Under the pieces are notes generated by a model. That model had not been told where the DNA came from. It made no database searches and saw nothing but the letters and a program-made list of their open reading frames with translations. From Fimbriimonadia bacterium (GTDB lineage Bacteria; Armatimonadota; Fimbriimonadia; Fimbriimonadales; JABRVX01): 64,000 bases of DNA. How positions within the stretch are numbered: the first letter of the stretch is position 1; each line of letters opens with the position of its first letter. The stretch spans positions 320,001 through 384,000 of the forward strand of contig JBGPGO010000001.1 of the NCBI GenBank assembly GCA_041483895.1, read 5' to 3'. Positions 31,002 through 40,702 of this stretch are shown piece after piece. The translations under genes were made by a program, and so were the position numbers.

Positions 31002-31937
31002 TTGACCGTTCTCTTCCTGTGGCAGGTCCCCGATCGGATGCGGACCTACCTGCAAGACGGACTGCCCGACGTCCATCTGGTTTTCCCCGAGAACGACGAT
31101 ATGTTGGCACACACCGGAGCAGCCGACATCGTAGTCGGTTGGAGACCGACGGCGGAATTCCTCGATGCCGCAAAGAACCTAAGACTGTTCATCAATCCTG
31201 GCACCGGCGTTCGCCATCTTGTGCCGCTGATGCGCGGGCGAAACATCACCGTGGTCAACGGCCACGGTCACGCGGAGTTCGTCGCCCAGCACGCTGTGGC
31301 ATTGCTTCTTGCCCTCTGCAACAAAATCGTTCCCCACCACAATTGGATGGCGGCCGGCGAGTGGCGCAAAGGCGACGCGGACGCGGCGACGATTCCGCTC
31401 GAAGGCAAAACGGTCGGCCTGCTTGGCTACGGCGCGATTAATCAATGCGTGCACAAACTCCTGCAAGGCTTCGACCTGTCGTTTGCGATCCACCGAAGAA
31501 GCGGGGAAACTACTCTCGACGAATTCCTCACCCAGACGAACATCCTGATCGCCGCCGTCCCCGATACCGAAGAAACCAAAGGCATGATCGGCAGCCGGGA
31601 ACTGGAGCTGTTGGGACCGTCCGCGCTGATCGTCAACGTCGGCCGCGGCTCGCTGATCGAAGAAGAGCCGCTCTATCGCGCGCTCAAAGAGGGGCGCATC
31701 GGCGGCGCGGGCCTCGACGTTTGGTACGACTATTCTCCGGAACCGGACGATGACGGACACCGGTACCCCTATCACTTTCCGTTCCATGAGTTGCCAAATG
31801 TGGTCTTATCGCCTCACCGCGCGGCATCGCCCGGCGATCACCTTCGGCGATGGGATGATGTAATCGAGAACATCAACCGCTTCGCCGCCGGTCGCGGCGA
31901 TTTGCTCAACGTCGTGGATTTGGACAGAGGTTATTAG
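31002..31937 (+). CDS. D-isomer-specific 2-hydroxyacid dehydrogenase
   Basis: GLLGYGAI, VNVGRG, AGLDVW and LSPHRA. Confidence 0.9.
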   Translation: MTVLFLWQVPDRMRTYLQDGLPDVHLVFPENDDMLAHTGAADIVVGWRPTAEFLDAAKNLRLFINPGTGVRHLVPLMRGRNITVVNGHGHAEFVAQHAVALLLALCNKIVPHHNWMAAGEWRKGDADAATIPLEGKTVGLLGYGAINQCVHKLLQGFDLSFAIHRRSGETTLDEFLTQTNILIAAVPDTEETKGMIGSRELELLGPSALIVNVGRGSLIEEEPLYRALKEGRIGGAGLDVWYDYSPEPDDDGHRYPYHFPFHELPNVVLSPHRAASPGDHLRRWDDVIENINRFAAGRGDLLNVVDLDRGY

Positions 31938-31943
31938 GGTGCC

Positions 31944-32056
31944 GTGGGTCGGATCGGCAATTCGATCTCGCAGACGTACCGCCACGACCCACGCGGCAAC
32001 GAATTACCGTGGGTCTTGGAATCAATGAGTGAGAAGTGGCTGCTAATTCGACCCAC
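31944..32056. repeat. Degenerate inverted-repeat element
   Basis: cgtgggtcg...cgacccacg ends, with internal related gtgggtc/gacccac copies, between convergent genes. Confidence 0.35.
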
Positions 32057-32072
32057 GCCTACGAACAATGAA

Positions 32073-32100
32073 GCGGGCCCCGATCGTCATCGGGGCCCGC
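32073..32100 (-). terminator. Intrinsic terminator-like hairpin
   Basis: Perfect 12-bp stem gcgggccccgat/atcggggcccgc, followed by TTCATTGTT on the minus strand, just after the 32108 stop. Confidence 0.75.
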
Positions 32101-32107
32101 CGATTAG

Positions 32108-34954
32108 CTACTTACCGACGATCCCGAAGTTGATGAACACGATGTTCAGGTCCTTCAAGTCAACTTCACCGGAACAGTCGAGGTCCGCCGAATTGAATCC
32201 GATCTCCCCAAAGTGAATGAACACTGAGTTGAGGTCGGGGAGGTTGACCGCGTTGTCGTCCTGGGCATCGCCGTTTGTCAGCGAGAAGTTGGACACCGCG
32301 GGCACGTCCGGGTCCAGATCGACGCCGGTATTCTTCTGGCTCAGCCAGGTCCGTCCTTTGGCCCGCAAGGAAAAGACTCCGGTCTGGTTCCAGTTGACAG
32401 TGTAATGACCGCTCGAATCCAGATTCGTCGTCTGTTCCGCAACGACCCCGCCCATGTTATCGAGCAGTTGGAACAGGACCGGTTCACCGGATGGAGAGCC
32501 GGCATTGTCCTCGAGAATCACCATACCGGTGCTCGTCGAGCCCGGCTGCGCCTGCGGACAGGGAATCTCCACGTCTCCCAGGGTGATCTTTGCTTGCGCC
32601 GGGTTACCGTCCAAGTCCAGCAGGATGCTGCCGGTCGCCGGAGCGCCGCCTGCATCGCCGCCTGAGATCGGAACACCCTGCAAACCATAGATTTCGCAGA
32701 TGTTGTTGCCGATGAAGCCGCCGAGACAGTCGCCGGTCCACCAGACGCGCCGACCCTTGGGGGTCTGTCCTTCATTCGTCTTGTCGTAGTCGTAGTCGAT
32801 GCCTCCCGCGCTGTTGCGGCCGCCGAGACCGATGCTGAACGCGCTGTCGCTCGGCCCGCCAAACAGCGCCCACTTGACCGTCAGCGGATCGCATCGGAAC
32901 TCCATGCCGCGCGAGCGATGCGGAGTGCTGCTGGTGTCCGAATCCATGCCACGCTCTGCAACTCCCAGATAGCCTTCCGGCGAGAAGCTGATGTCGGAGA
33001 CGGGCATCGAGTATTGAACACCCGGCAGGTTCGGATAATCGGGGCTGGCAATCTCTACTCGGTCCGAGTTGGGAATAAAATCGCCACCGGATGATGGTGG
33101 GTTAACCGCAACGGATCGGATCTGATTGCTCAGCGCCGCGTTCTGGCGAGGATTGCCGCTCGGATAGGTCATCGGACCGGCGTCGCGAGCCCAGACGCTG
33201 TAATAGACGCGGCCGCGATGGTATTCGCATGCCCACAGGCGTTCGCCAAGCGGAGCAAAACCGGGGTCTAGCGATCCGCCATCGGCGCCCATCGGATCGA
33301 ACGAACTGAGAACGAAGCCACCCATGCTGATGCGATAGATTCTGCCGTCCTCCATGTCCGTCACGAAGAGTTGGTCGTTATCATAGTCGTAGGTGATGTT
33401 GCCGAGACCCGGATAGGAATCGTTCACCGTAAACGGGGGCTGCGCGATCACGTTCGCATCGGACGCGTTCGGCAGCGATGACCCCGCTGTCGAACCGGTG
33501 CCGACCAGGGTCGAGATGCCTCCGGACGAGGCATCGATTTTGTATATCGCCGCCGCCCCGCCGGGACCCCAACCATCGGCATTCGCCGTGTTGATCCACG
33601 CAAAGCATGAACTATGGGCCACGTAGATGTTGCCCTTTCGATCGATGGTCTCGCCGAAGATCGTCCCGAGGTTCTTCCGATTCCAACTGTCTGCTGGACC
33701 GTGGTACCCCAACGGGACAGGCGCCCAGTTCATGCCCAGCGCCGGCGGCGCGGACTGATAGGCGTCCAGGTTCATGACCGCCAGGACCGGGTTCAAAATG
33801 GCCGAAATGTCCGTCCAGCAGGTTACCGACGCTACCGTGCCCGTGAACGCACCGAACTTCGGGTCTTGGTAATGCGGCTTGCCGGCAGCGCAAATGCCAG
33901 GCGCCAATTCGCAACCTTGCGAACAGTCCGGCAGATCGATGCAGTGTTCGATGCTGCAGCAGAGTTTGAACAACTCATCGTGAAGCGACAATGTGAAGCA
34001 GAGCTGCTGCCCACTTGCCACCCCGGTGATGTTGATGCACACGTTATAGGTCTGGCCATAAACCAGCCCTGGAAGCGGCACGACGGCCGGATTGAAGACA
34101 ACACCCGTAGGTCCAGAAAGCAGAAGCCAATTCACCGGACCAGGGGCGAGGACCTGGATCGTAAAGCACCACAGATAGCCGCCTGGGATCGTCGGGTCGC
34201 ACTTTATCGATTCGTCCAGGAACTGCACACAGTCGCACTCTGGGACGGTAAGACAGAAGCGGAAGAAGCAACACTCCTTGTGGTTCGCGTTGTGGACGCT
34301 CATGTCCCAACAGATGGTCGATCCCGGCGTCGCGCCGGAAATATGAACCGTGAACTGCCGGCAATCGCCCGGGTTCATCGGCGGATTGACGGCCAAGTAG
34401 TTATTTGGTCCCCCGGTAAAATCTATTGTCACCCCCGCCGGCAAAGACTGTAGGAAGTAGATATGAGAAATGGGGAAGTTGGACAAGTTGCAAATGGTGA
34501 AGGTCCAAGAATAGCCACCGGGTCTCTCCGTCAAACAGAGCAACTTGTCGGTCGTGATTTTCACACACGGCTTTTGGAAACCGTAACGATAGCTCACGCT
34601 CTTACTGGCGTTGAGTGTAGTATGATTATATCCCACGCCGCCTGGGTAGGTCTGTTCGTAGCCTTGGCGAAGCTCTGGAATTACGTCGTAGTCACCGAAT
34701 GGCAGATCGGTGAATTGGTAATTACCCTGATCATCGGTCATCGCCATCGTAGTGCCGCCCCCGTTCTCATGGACCAGGTTAATATCCCAGCCAGGGATTG
34801 GCGGTTCTCCGGCATCCATTTTGCCGTTTCCGTTTAAGTCTTCGAACACCGTTCCGTCGATGCTCCCGACTCCTTGCCCCTGCGCCGACAACATCGTCGT
34901 GCCTGCCAAGAGACAAGCGAAAGTGCAGGCGCGCAGCGCCCTTATCAATCGCAT
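32108..34954 (-). CDS. Large secreted protein: SdrD-B/Cna-like domain, two Cys-rich repeats, beta-propeller-like region, C-terminal dockerin-like domain
   Basis: GTVFEDLNGNGKMDAGEPPIPGW; repeated PGGY-W-FTI...CC...C..LP.C; GDAQDDNAVNLPDL / ADLDCSGEVDLKDL. Confidence 0.8.
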   Translation of the reverse strand: MRLIRALRACTFACLLAGTTMLSAQGQGVGSIDGTVFEDLNGNGKMDAGEPPIPGWDINLVHENGGGTTMAMTDDQGNYQFTDLPFGDYDVIPELRQGYEQTYPGGVGYNHTTLNASKSVSYRYGFQKPCVKITTDKLLCLTERPGGYSWTFTICNLSNFPISHIYFLQSLPAGVTIDFTGGPNNYLAVNPPMNPGDCRQFTVHISGATPGSTICWDMSVHNANHKECCFFRFCLTVPECDCVQFLDESIKCDPTIPGGYLWCFTIQVLAPGPVNWLLLSGPTGVVFNPAVVPLPGLVYGQTYNVCINITGVASGQQLCFTLSLHDELFKLCCSIEHCIDLPDCSQGCELAPGICAAGKPHYQDPKFGAFTGTVASVTCWTDISAILNPVLAVMNLDAYQSAPPALGMNWAPVPLGYHGPADSWNRKNLGTIFGETIDRKGNIYVAHSSCFAWINTANADGWGPGGAAAIYKIDASSGGISTLVGTGSTAGSSLPNASDANVIAQPPFTVNDSYPGLGNITYDYDNDQLFVTDMEDGRIYRISMGGFVLSSFDPMGADGGSLDPGFAPLGERLWACEYHRGRVYYSVWARDAGPMTYPSGNPRQNAALSNQIRSVAVNPPSSGGDFIPNSDRVEIASPDYPNLPGVQYSMPVSDISFSPEGYLGVAERGMDSDTSSTPHRSRGMEFRCDPLTVKWALFGGPSDSAFSIGLGGRNSAGGIDYDYDKTNEGQTPKGRRVWWTGDCLGGFIGNNICEIYGLQGVPISGGDAGGAPATGSILLDLDGNPAQAKITLGDVEIPCPQAQPGSTSTGMVILEDNAGSPSGEPVLFQLLDNMGGVVAEQTTNLDSSGHYTVNWNQTGVFSLRAKGRTWLSQKNTGVDLDPDVPAVSNFSLTNGDAQDDNAVNLPDLNSVFIHFGEIGFNSADLDCSGEVDLKDLNIVFINFGIVGK

Positions 34955-35025
34955 GGTTCCACCTTTTCTGGCAACCAAAATTAGGGCCGCGGCATTCGCG
35001 GCCCTGGAACAATTGCCAAGCAGAC

Positions 35026-35054
35026 AGCATAAGGTAGAAAAACCAGCCTGTCAA
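35026..35054 (-). promoter_or_regulatory. Sigma70-type promoter for the 32108-34954 gene
   Basis: TTGACA-N17-TATGCT on the minus strand. Confidence 0.65.
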
Positions 35055-35095
35055 GGAGAACAGCCAAAAAAATGCTTAAGGTCACAAAGTAAAGG

Positions 35096-36007
35096 TTAAA
35101 TCTTAGGTCTCAACGTAGCAATCGTGTTAGCTAGGATACCAATTCCATCGATGTCTAACTCGACATGATCTCCAGGCCGTAAGTAGCCATGATCGGGATT
35201 CTCCAAGAGGCAACCGGTGCCGACCGTTCCGGAACCCAACAGATCGCCCTCCCGAATCGTGGCGTTTCGCGATGCGTGAGCGATCAACTGGCTGACCGTG
35301 AAGTGAATCTCCGCGAAGTTGCCACTGGAGACCTGCTCGCCGTTCACGCGCGCGACCATCGGCATATCCCATCGAGGGCCATCCGGTCCATCCGTCCGCC
35401 GAGACGACATTTCATCGAGAGTGACGACGCACGGCCCGATGCTCGTCGCGAAGTCCTTGGCTTTGTGCGGACCCATTCCGACCTTCATCTCTATCCGCTG
35501 CACGTCCCGCATGGACCAGTCGTTGAGAACGGTAAACCCTCCGACGTGCTCGATGGCCCGCTCGACCGGGATATCCCTTCCCGCCTTGCCGATCACGATC
35601 CCGATCTCCAGTTCAAAATCCAGCTCCTTCGTTGGCACGGGCGGCTCGTCCATCGATGGCTTCCATGTTGGCCATAGGAGTGTGTCTTCGTGGCCAAGAA
35701 ACGCGTAGGGATTGCTGAAGTAGAAGGCCGGCGCGAGGAACCACTCTTCCGGCGCGCCCGTCAGCCCCCGCTGGGCCCGCGCATTCACCACGTGGCCCTC
35801 GAACGCATAAAAGTCTCGGAACGAAGGGACGTAGTCGAACGGTGAGAGGATTCTCAAATCAGCAATCTGCCGCAGCTCTCCCCAATTGACTTCGTCACCG
35901 CGCAATGCGTCCTGCACGCTGACATCGCTTTTCGCGAGGCGCGCAGAATCGCCTTCTATGACCCCAACGCGGATCAGCTCCCCATCGCCGAACCTGGCAA
36001 CCTTCAT
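35096..36007 (-). CDS. Fumarylacetoacetate hydrolase family protein
   Basis: FRDFYAFEGH, FYFSNP, LDFELE, NDWSMRD, KAKDF and GSGT. Confidence 0.9.
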   Translation of the reverse strand: MKVARFGDGELIRVGVIEGDSARLAKSDVSVQDALRGDEVNWGELRQIADLRILSPFDYVPSFRDFYAFEGHVVNARAQRGLTGAPEEWFLAPAFYFSNPYAFLGHEDTLLWPTWKPSMDEPPVPTKELDFELEIGIVIGKAGRDIPVERAIEHVGGFTVLNDWSMRDVQRIEMKVGMGPHKAKDFATSIGPCVVTLDEMSSRRTDGPDGPRWDMPMVARVNGEQVSSGNFAEIHFTVSQLIAHASRNATIREGDLLGSGTVGTGCLLENPDHGYLRPGDHVELDIDGIGILANTIATLRPKI

Positions 36008-36106
36008 GTCCATAGAATACCGCCCTGCCAGCCCGGGCCATTTTGCCGCAACCTGGTGGAAGGCAGGAGGCGGCGACAACCTACCGAACGATAACTTCGG
36101 AAACGA

Positions 36107-37312
36107 ATGAAGAATCCGAAGATACTCCTCTGGCTGTTCGCGCTCTTCGCCCTGCTGATCGGGTTCTATCTCCTGTCCACCTGGAAGCCCGGAAAGCAGC
36201 CTATCCTGCCCGAAAACACGGCGGGTTGGCTCGCATACGTGAGCGATCAAGACGGCAAGGCTCACATCTGGTTCTACAAACCCGATGACACGAAAGTTCG
36301 CGCCGAGCCGGGATCGAATTCCGAAGACCTGGAACCGACCTGGCAGCAACCGGACGGCAAGACGCTGTTCTTCACCTCCGACCGGAGCGAACGCGTTTCC
36401 CAAATCTTCCACCTAAGCGCCAAGAACGCGGTGGTCAACCAACTGACGCTTGGCGGCGCGCGCAAGGACAGCCTGCAATGCAGTCCCGATGGCGAGCGCA
36501 TCCTGCATATCGCCGGCGGGCTGGTCTCGGAATTCGATGTAGTAGAAGGGCACTCCGAGCAGCTGATCCCGCCGCCCTCGTCCGATCCTAGCCGAAGCAA
36601 GGCCATTTTGGAAACCTGGAGCAACCGCTTCGGTTCATCCGCGTTCCATTCCGTGGCATGGGGACATGATATGCAAGATGTCGTAGGAGTCATACAGGGC
36701 GACGAATATCAGGTGCTGGTCGAGCAGCGCCTCAAGCCGGTCGATCCGCGCGACAAAGAGGTTCCAATCCCTACGATTCGGTTCATGGCCAAACGGATCG
36801 ATATCGCGTTCCACCCCAGTGAGAACAAGGTGGCCGTGGCATTTCGCGCCATGCACATCGAGAAAGCGGACCCCTACGCAAATTCGTGGAACCCGCCTGC
36901 CGAGATGAACACCGAAAAGCCCCAGCACGGACTGTTCGTCATCGATCTGGACGCGAACAAGGTGATGCCGATCTATGCCACAGAAAGCGACACGGAAGCG
37001 GTGATCTCGCCTCAATGGTCCCCGGACGGGACGGAGATCGCGGCGGTTCGGGTCCGTTTCAGTGGCGAGGATGTGACCCATGCATCGCTCCTCGTCTTCC
37101 AAGAGCCCTCCCCCGGTCAATGGGAGGTTGTGACGGCGGTTGACGGTGAATGCGGCGATCCGCAATGGTCGCCGGACGGAACCAAAATCGCCTACACAAA
37201 AGGAAAGACCGGAAAGCGCGACATTTGGATTTTCGACACGAAAACCGGGGATAGCCGCCAAATAACAGAACGCGGCGATAATTTCAGTCCAAGGTGGTCT
37301 CCCAAAAAATGA
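36107..37312 (+). CDS. TolB-like (PD40/WD40) beta-propeller protein with an N-terminal anchor
   Basis: AYVSDQDG, FTSDR and repeated PQWSPDG. Confidence 0.85.
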   Translation: MKNPKILLWLFALFALLIGFYLLSTWKPGKQPILPENTAGWLAYVSDQDGKAHIWFYKPDDTKVRAEPGSNSEDLEPTWQQPDGKTLFFTSDRSERVSQIFHLSAKNAVVNQLTLGGARKDSLQCSPDGERILHIAGGLVSEFDVVEGHSEQLIPPPSSDPSRSKAILETWSNRFGSSAFHSVAWGHDMQDVVGVIQGDEYQVLVEQRLKPVDPRDKEVPIPTIRFMAKRIDIAFHPSENKVAVAFRAMHIEKADPYANSWNPPAEMNTEKPQHGLFVIDLDANKVMPIYATESDTEAVISPQWSPDGTEIAAVRVRFSGEDVTHASLLVFQEPSPGQWEVVTAVDGECGDPQWSPDGTKIAYTKGKTGKRDIWIFDTKTGDSRQITERGDNFSPRWSPKK

Positions 37313-38187
37313 AGAAGATCGGTTTTATCGGCCTCGGCATCATGGGGCGACCGATGGCCAACCATCTTTTGAAGGCCGGCTACGCCCTCGCGGTCCACAA
37401 TCGGTCGAAGGAGAAAATGGACCAAATGGCGGCGCATGGGGCAACGATCCAGGAGCCGCAAGAGATGGCCGGGGAGTGCGACGCTATCCTGATGTGCCTA
37501 CCCACCAGTGTTGAGGTCACGATGGTCACCCATCGAATTCTAGCGGCGGGCAGGCCCGGTCTGATCGTCGCCGACCATTCCACTATCCAGCCGTTCGTCG
37601 CGCAGCGGCTGGCCGAGGAAGCGGGGACAGTGGGGGTGGAATTTCTCGATGCGCCGATCTCCGGAGGCGAATCGGGCGCGATTGCGGGAACTCTGAGCAC
37701 GATGGTAGGCGGCGGCGCCGACGCATTCGCTGCCCTGCGTCCCATATTCGACACGTTTTCCTCTGTAGTCACCCATACCGGTCCGTCCGGAACGGGGCAG
37801 ATGACCAAGTTGGCCAATCAAATCCTGTGCGCGATCACCTTGATGGGCGTAGCAGAATCGCTGAGCTTCGCAAAAAAGAACGGGCTGGACTTGAACAAGA
37901 CGTTGACCGTGCTGTCCGGGGGCGCGGGGGATTCGTGGGCTCTGCGCAACCTGGGGCCAAAGATGATCGGACGCGATTACACGCCTGGCTTTTCGAACTC
38001 GCTTCAGTTCAAAGACCTCGGCTATGCGATGGAGGCCGCTCACCAGTGCGGCGCAACAACATTCGGCCTCGCGCTTGCCCACCAGCTTTGCACCTCGCAA
38101 AATGCGCGCGGTCTCGGTGATGCCGGGATCGCTTCACTCTTCGATCTGTACGAACTGCTCAACACGGAACGAGACCAGCGCGCGTGA
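37309..38187 (+). CDS. NAD(P)-dependent beta-hydroxyacid dehydrogenase (GarR/MmsB-like)
   Basis: IGFIGLGIMG, FLDAPISGG, KLANQ and KDL. Confidence 0.9.
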   Translation: MKKIGFIGLGIMGRPMANHLLKAGYALAVHNRSKEKMDQMAAHGATIQEPQEMAGECDAILMCLPTSVEVTMVTHRILAAGRPGLIVADHSTIQPFVAQRLAEEAGTVGVEFLDAPISGGESGAIAGTLSTMVGGGADAFAALRPIFDTFSSVVTHTGPSGTGQMTKLANQILCAITLMGVAESLSFAKKNGLDLNKTLTVLSGGAGDSWALRNLGPKMIGRDYTPGFSNSLQFKDLGYAMEAAHQCGATTFGLALAHQLCTSQNARGLGDAGIASLFDLYELLNTERDQRA

Positions 38188-39701
38188 ATCCGGCGGTTCG
38201 GATGGTTGGGATTACGAAACGATTTGGCCGCCTCACCGCATGCGATCAAGTGGACCTTTCCGTCGAAAAAGGGCAGACCCATGCCATCGTCGGGGAGAAC
38301 GGCGCGGGCAAGACCACCCTGATGCGTGTTCTCTACAGCGTCTATCAGCCGGATGAAGGCAGCATTGAGGTTGACGGCAAGCAGGTCCGATTCAGAAACC
38401 CGTCGGAGGCGATCGCCGCCGGCATCGGAATGGTGAGCCAGCACTACAGCATCATTCCGCAGCTTTCGTGTCTGGACAACCTGATGCTTGGAGCGGAGGC
38501 AATGGCGGGCCCGCTTCTCGACCGATCCACAGCGACGGCGAGAGCCGATTCGCTGGCGCAGCGGATGGGGTTCCGCTTCGACTGGAAGGCCCCTGCCTCC
38601 ACGCTGACCCCCGCAGCCTGCCAAAAGCTGGAAATCCTAAAGCTGCTGTGGCGCAATTCGGAAATTCTGATCCTCGACGAGCCGACAGCCATGCTCTCCC
38701 CACCCGATGCCGCCGTATTGTTCAACAATCTGCAGTTGCTGGCGCGGGAGGGCAAGACCATCCTGCTGGTCACGCACCGATTGCGGGAAGTGATCGACTA
38801 TTGCGATCGGGTCACGGTGATGCGCGGGGGCAAGCGCGTTGCCGAGTGCGACGTGGCCGATACCGACGTGGATCGCCTGACCAACTGGATCGTGGGTGAG
38901 GACCTGCGCCCAAAGTCGGACCTCGATGGCCGACAAGCCGGGAAAACGGTCCTGACAATGAAAGACCTGGTTATCCACGGAGATCGCGGCGAACGAGCTA
39001 TCAATGGTTTGGATCTGGATCTGCGAGCAGGGGAAATTGCGGGCATTGCCGGGGTAGATGGAAACGGGCAGTCGGAGCTGTTCGAGGCCCTCGTCGGCAT
39101 CCGCGCCATCCAATCCGGCATTGCCCGGCTGGGCCAAGACGATTTGGGGCAGGAATCCACCTCACGCCGCCTGGCTGCCGGTCTGCGCTTTATCCCGGCG
39201 GATCGACATCGATACGGGCTGATCGAGGACTGGAGCCTCTTGGATAATTCTGTCCTCGGCCTCCACCGCCTGCCGCCCTTTGCGAAGCGAGGCCTGCTGC
39301 GGCCCCAAGAGGTCGGGAAGGCGGCCTTGGAAGAGATGGAGGCGTTCCGAATCATGGCGGATTCGGTTCGGACTCGCGCGGGGGACCTCTCAGGCGGGAA
39401 TCAACAGCGGCTGATCGTCGCTCGCGCTTTGCACCAACCGCCGGCCGTTCTCATCGCCTTCCAACCCTGCCGTGGTCTGGACGTTCGCGGAACGCTGGCC
39501 GTCTACGACTCCATACGCGCGGAGTGCGACAGGGGGATGGCCGCCCTCGTCATCTCCTTCGACCTGGACGAGCTGCTGGAATACTGCGAGCCGATCTACG
39601 TTTTGCGCGACGGGCGGCTGGTCGCGGAACTACGCGGGCTGGAGATCGATCGGGAGCGGATTGGCCGCTTGATGATTGGGTTGGAGGGCGCGGCCGCTTG
39701 A
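38184..39701 (+). CDS. ABC transporter ATP-binding protein (nucleoside/simple sugar type, tandem NBDs)
   Basis: GENGAGKTT, LDEPT, GVDGNGQ and LSGGNQQR. Confidence 0.92.
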   Translation: MNPAVRMVGITKRFGRLTACDQVDLSVEKGQTHAIVGENGAGKTTLMRVLYSVYQPDEGSIEVDGKQVRFRNPSEAIAAGIGMVSQHYSIIPQLSCLDNLMLGAEAMAGPLLDRSTATARADSLAQRMGFRFDWKAPASTLTPAACQKLEILKLLWRNSEILILDEPTAMLSPPDAAVLFNNLQLLAREGKTILLVTHRLREVIDYCDRVTVMRGGKRVAECDVADTDVDRLTNWIVGEDLRPKSDLDGRQAGKTVLTMKDLVIHGDRGERAINGLDLDLRAGEIAGIAGVDGNGQSELFEALVGIRAIQSGIARLGQDDLGQESTSRRLAAGLRFIPADRHRYGLIEDWSLLDNSVLGLHRLPPFAKRGLLRPQEVGKAALEEMEAFRIMADSVRTRAGDLSGGNQQRLIVARALHQPPAVLIAFQPCRGLDVRGTLAVYDSIRAECDRGMAALVISFDLDELLEYCEPIYVLRDGRLVAELRGLEIDRERIGRLMIGLEGAAA

Positions 39702-40702
39702 ACTGGCTCCGGTTCTCCGCGCTCGTTGCGGCGGCGGCGGCGTTCCTGGGGATCATCGTGTGGTCCAGCGGCGTCGATCCCGTTGCCGCTTTGCGCTCCG
39801 GATTTACTGGAGCGTTGGGCACTCCCTATGGCGTGTCCGATACGCTGCAACGCATGACGCCGCTTCTCCTTTCCGGCCTCGGGGTAGCGGTCGGGCTTCG
39901 TGCCGGGCTGTTCAATATTGGCGTCGAGGGCCAGCTTCTTGTTGGCGCGCTGGCAGCGGCGGCGGCAGCGATCCTGCTCAAGGGCATGCCGGGCTGGCTG
40001 CATATTACTCTGTGCCTCGCTGCCGGAGGCGCGGCGGGAGTGCTCTGGGCGCTTCCGGCCGGTCTCATCAAGGTCTGGCGCGGCGGCCATGAGGTGATCA
40101 CGACGATCATGATGAACTACATCGCCCTCAACTTCACCAAATACATCGCCGCCAACCCGTTCAAAGACCCAAGCGCCCAGATTGCCACGACCGTCCAGAT
40201 ACCCAACTCCACCCGCCTGCCCGATTTGGGAGGAAGCCTCCACATCAATGCCGGTCTCATCCTTGCCGTTCTGCTTGCCGCGGGGCTGGCATGGTGGATG
40301 AAGAGAACCGTCGTCGGATATGAGCTGAAGGCGGTCGGGGCGAATGTGGACGCGGCTGTGGCGGCCGGCGTCAATGTTCCACGGACCATCGTGCTAGCGA
40401 TGGCCCTCTCCGGCGCGTTCGCGGGTCTTGCCGGCGCCGTGCAGGTTTGCGGCTACGAGTACCGCTTCTACGACGGCATCTCACCGGGATACGGGTTCGA
40501 CGCCCTCGCGGTGGCCCTGATCGCCCTGGCAAGCCCACTGCCCATTATTGCGACGGCGTTCATATTTGGAGCGCTGGCCCAGGGGGTGCAGTCCGCCCAG
40601 GTCGCCACGGACCTGCCGAAGGAGATCGCCATGGTCGCTCAAGGCATCATCATCCTCGTCGCCGCGGCGGTCGGGTGGCAGCGGTTCCGGAGGCCATCCT
40701 GA
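39698..40702 (+). CDS. ABC transporter permease (nucleoside type)
   Basis: RAGLFNIGVEGQ, HEVITTIMMNYIA and GYGFDALAVAL. Confidence 0.9.
   Translation: MNWLRFSALVAAAAAFLGIIVWSSGVDPVAALRSGFTGALGTPYGVSDTLQRMTPLLLSGLGVAVGLRAGLFNIGVEGQLLVGALAAAAAAILLKGMPGWLHITLCLAAGGAAGVLWALPAGLIKVWRGGHEVITTIMMNYIALNFTKYIAANPFKDPSAQIATTVQIPNSTRLPDLGGSLHINAGLILAVLLAAGLAWWMKRTVVGYELKAVGANVDAAVAAGVNVPRTIVLAMALSGAFAGLAGAVQVCGYEYRFYDGISPGYGFDALAVALIALASPLPIIATAFIFGALAQGVQSAQVATDLPKEIAMVAQGIIILVAAAVGWQRFRRPS

Noticed and set aside
36008..36412. N-terminal extensions given by the ORF track (also 762-866, 14609-14707, 25759-26178, 28893-29012, 39524-39697, 40447-40701)
   Set aside because: They overlap neighbouring genes or precede the family N-terminus; downstream starts with an RBS, -10 element or stop-start overlap fit better.
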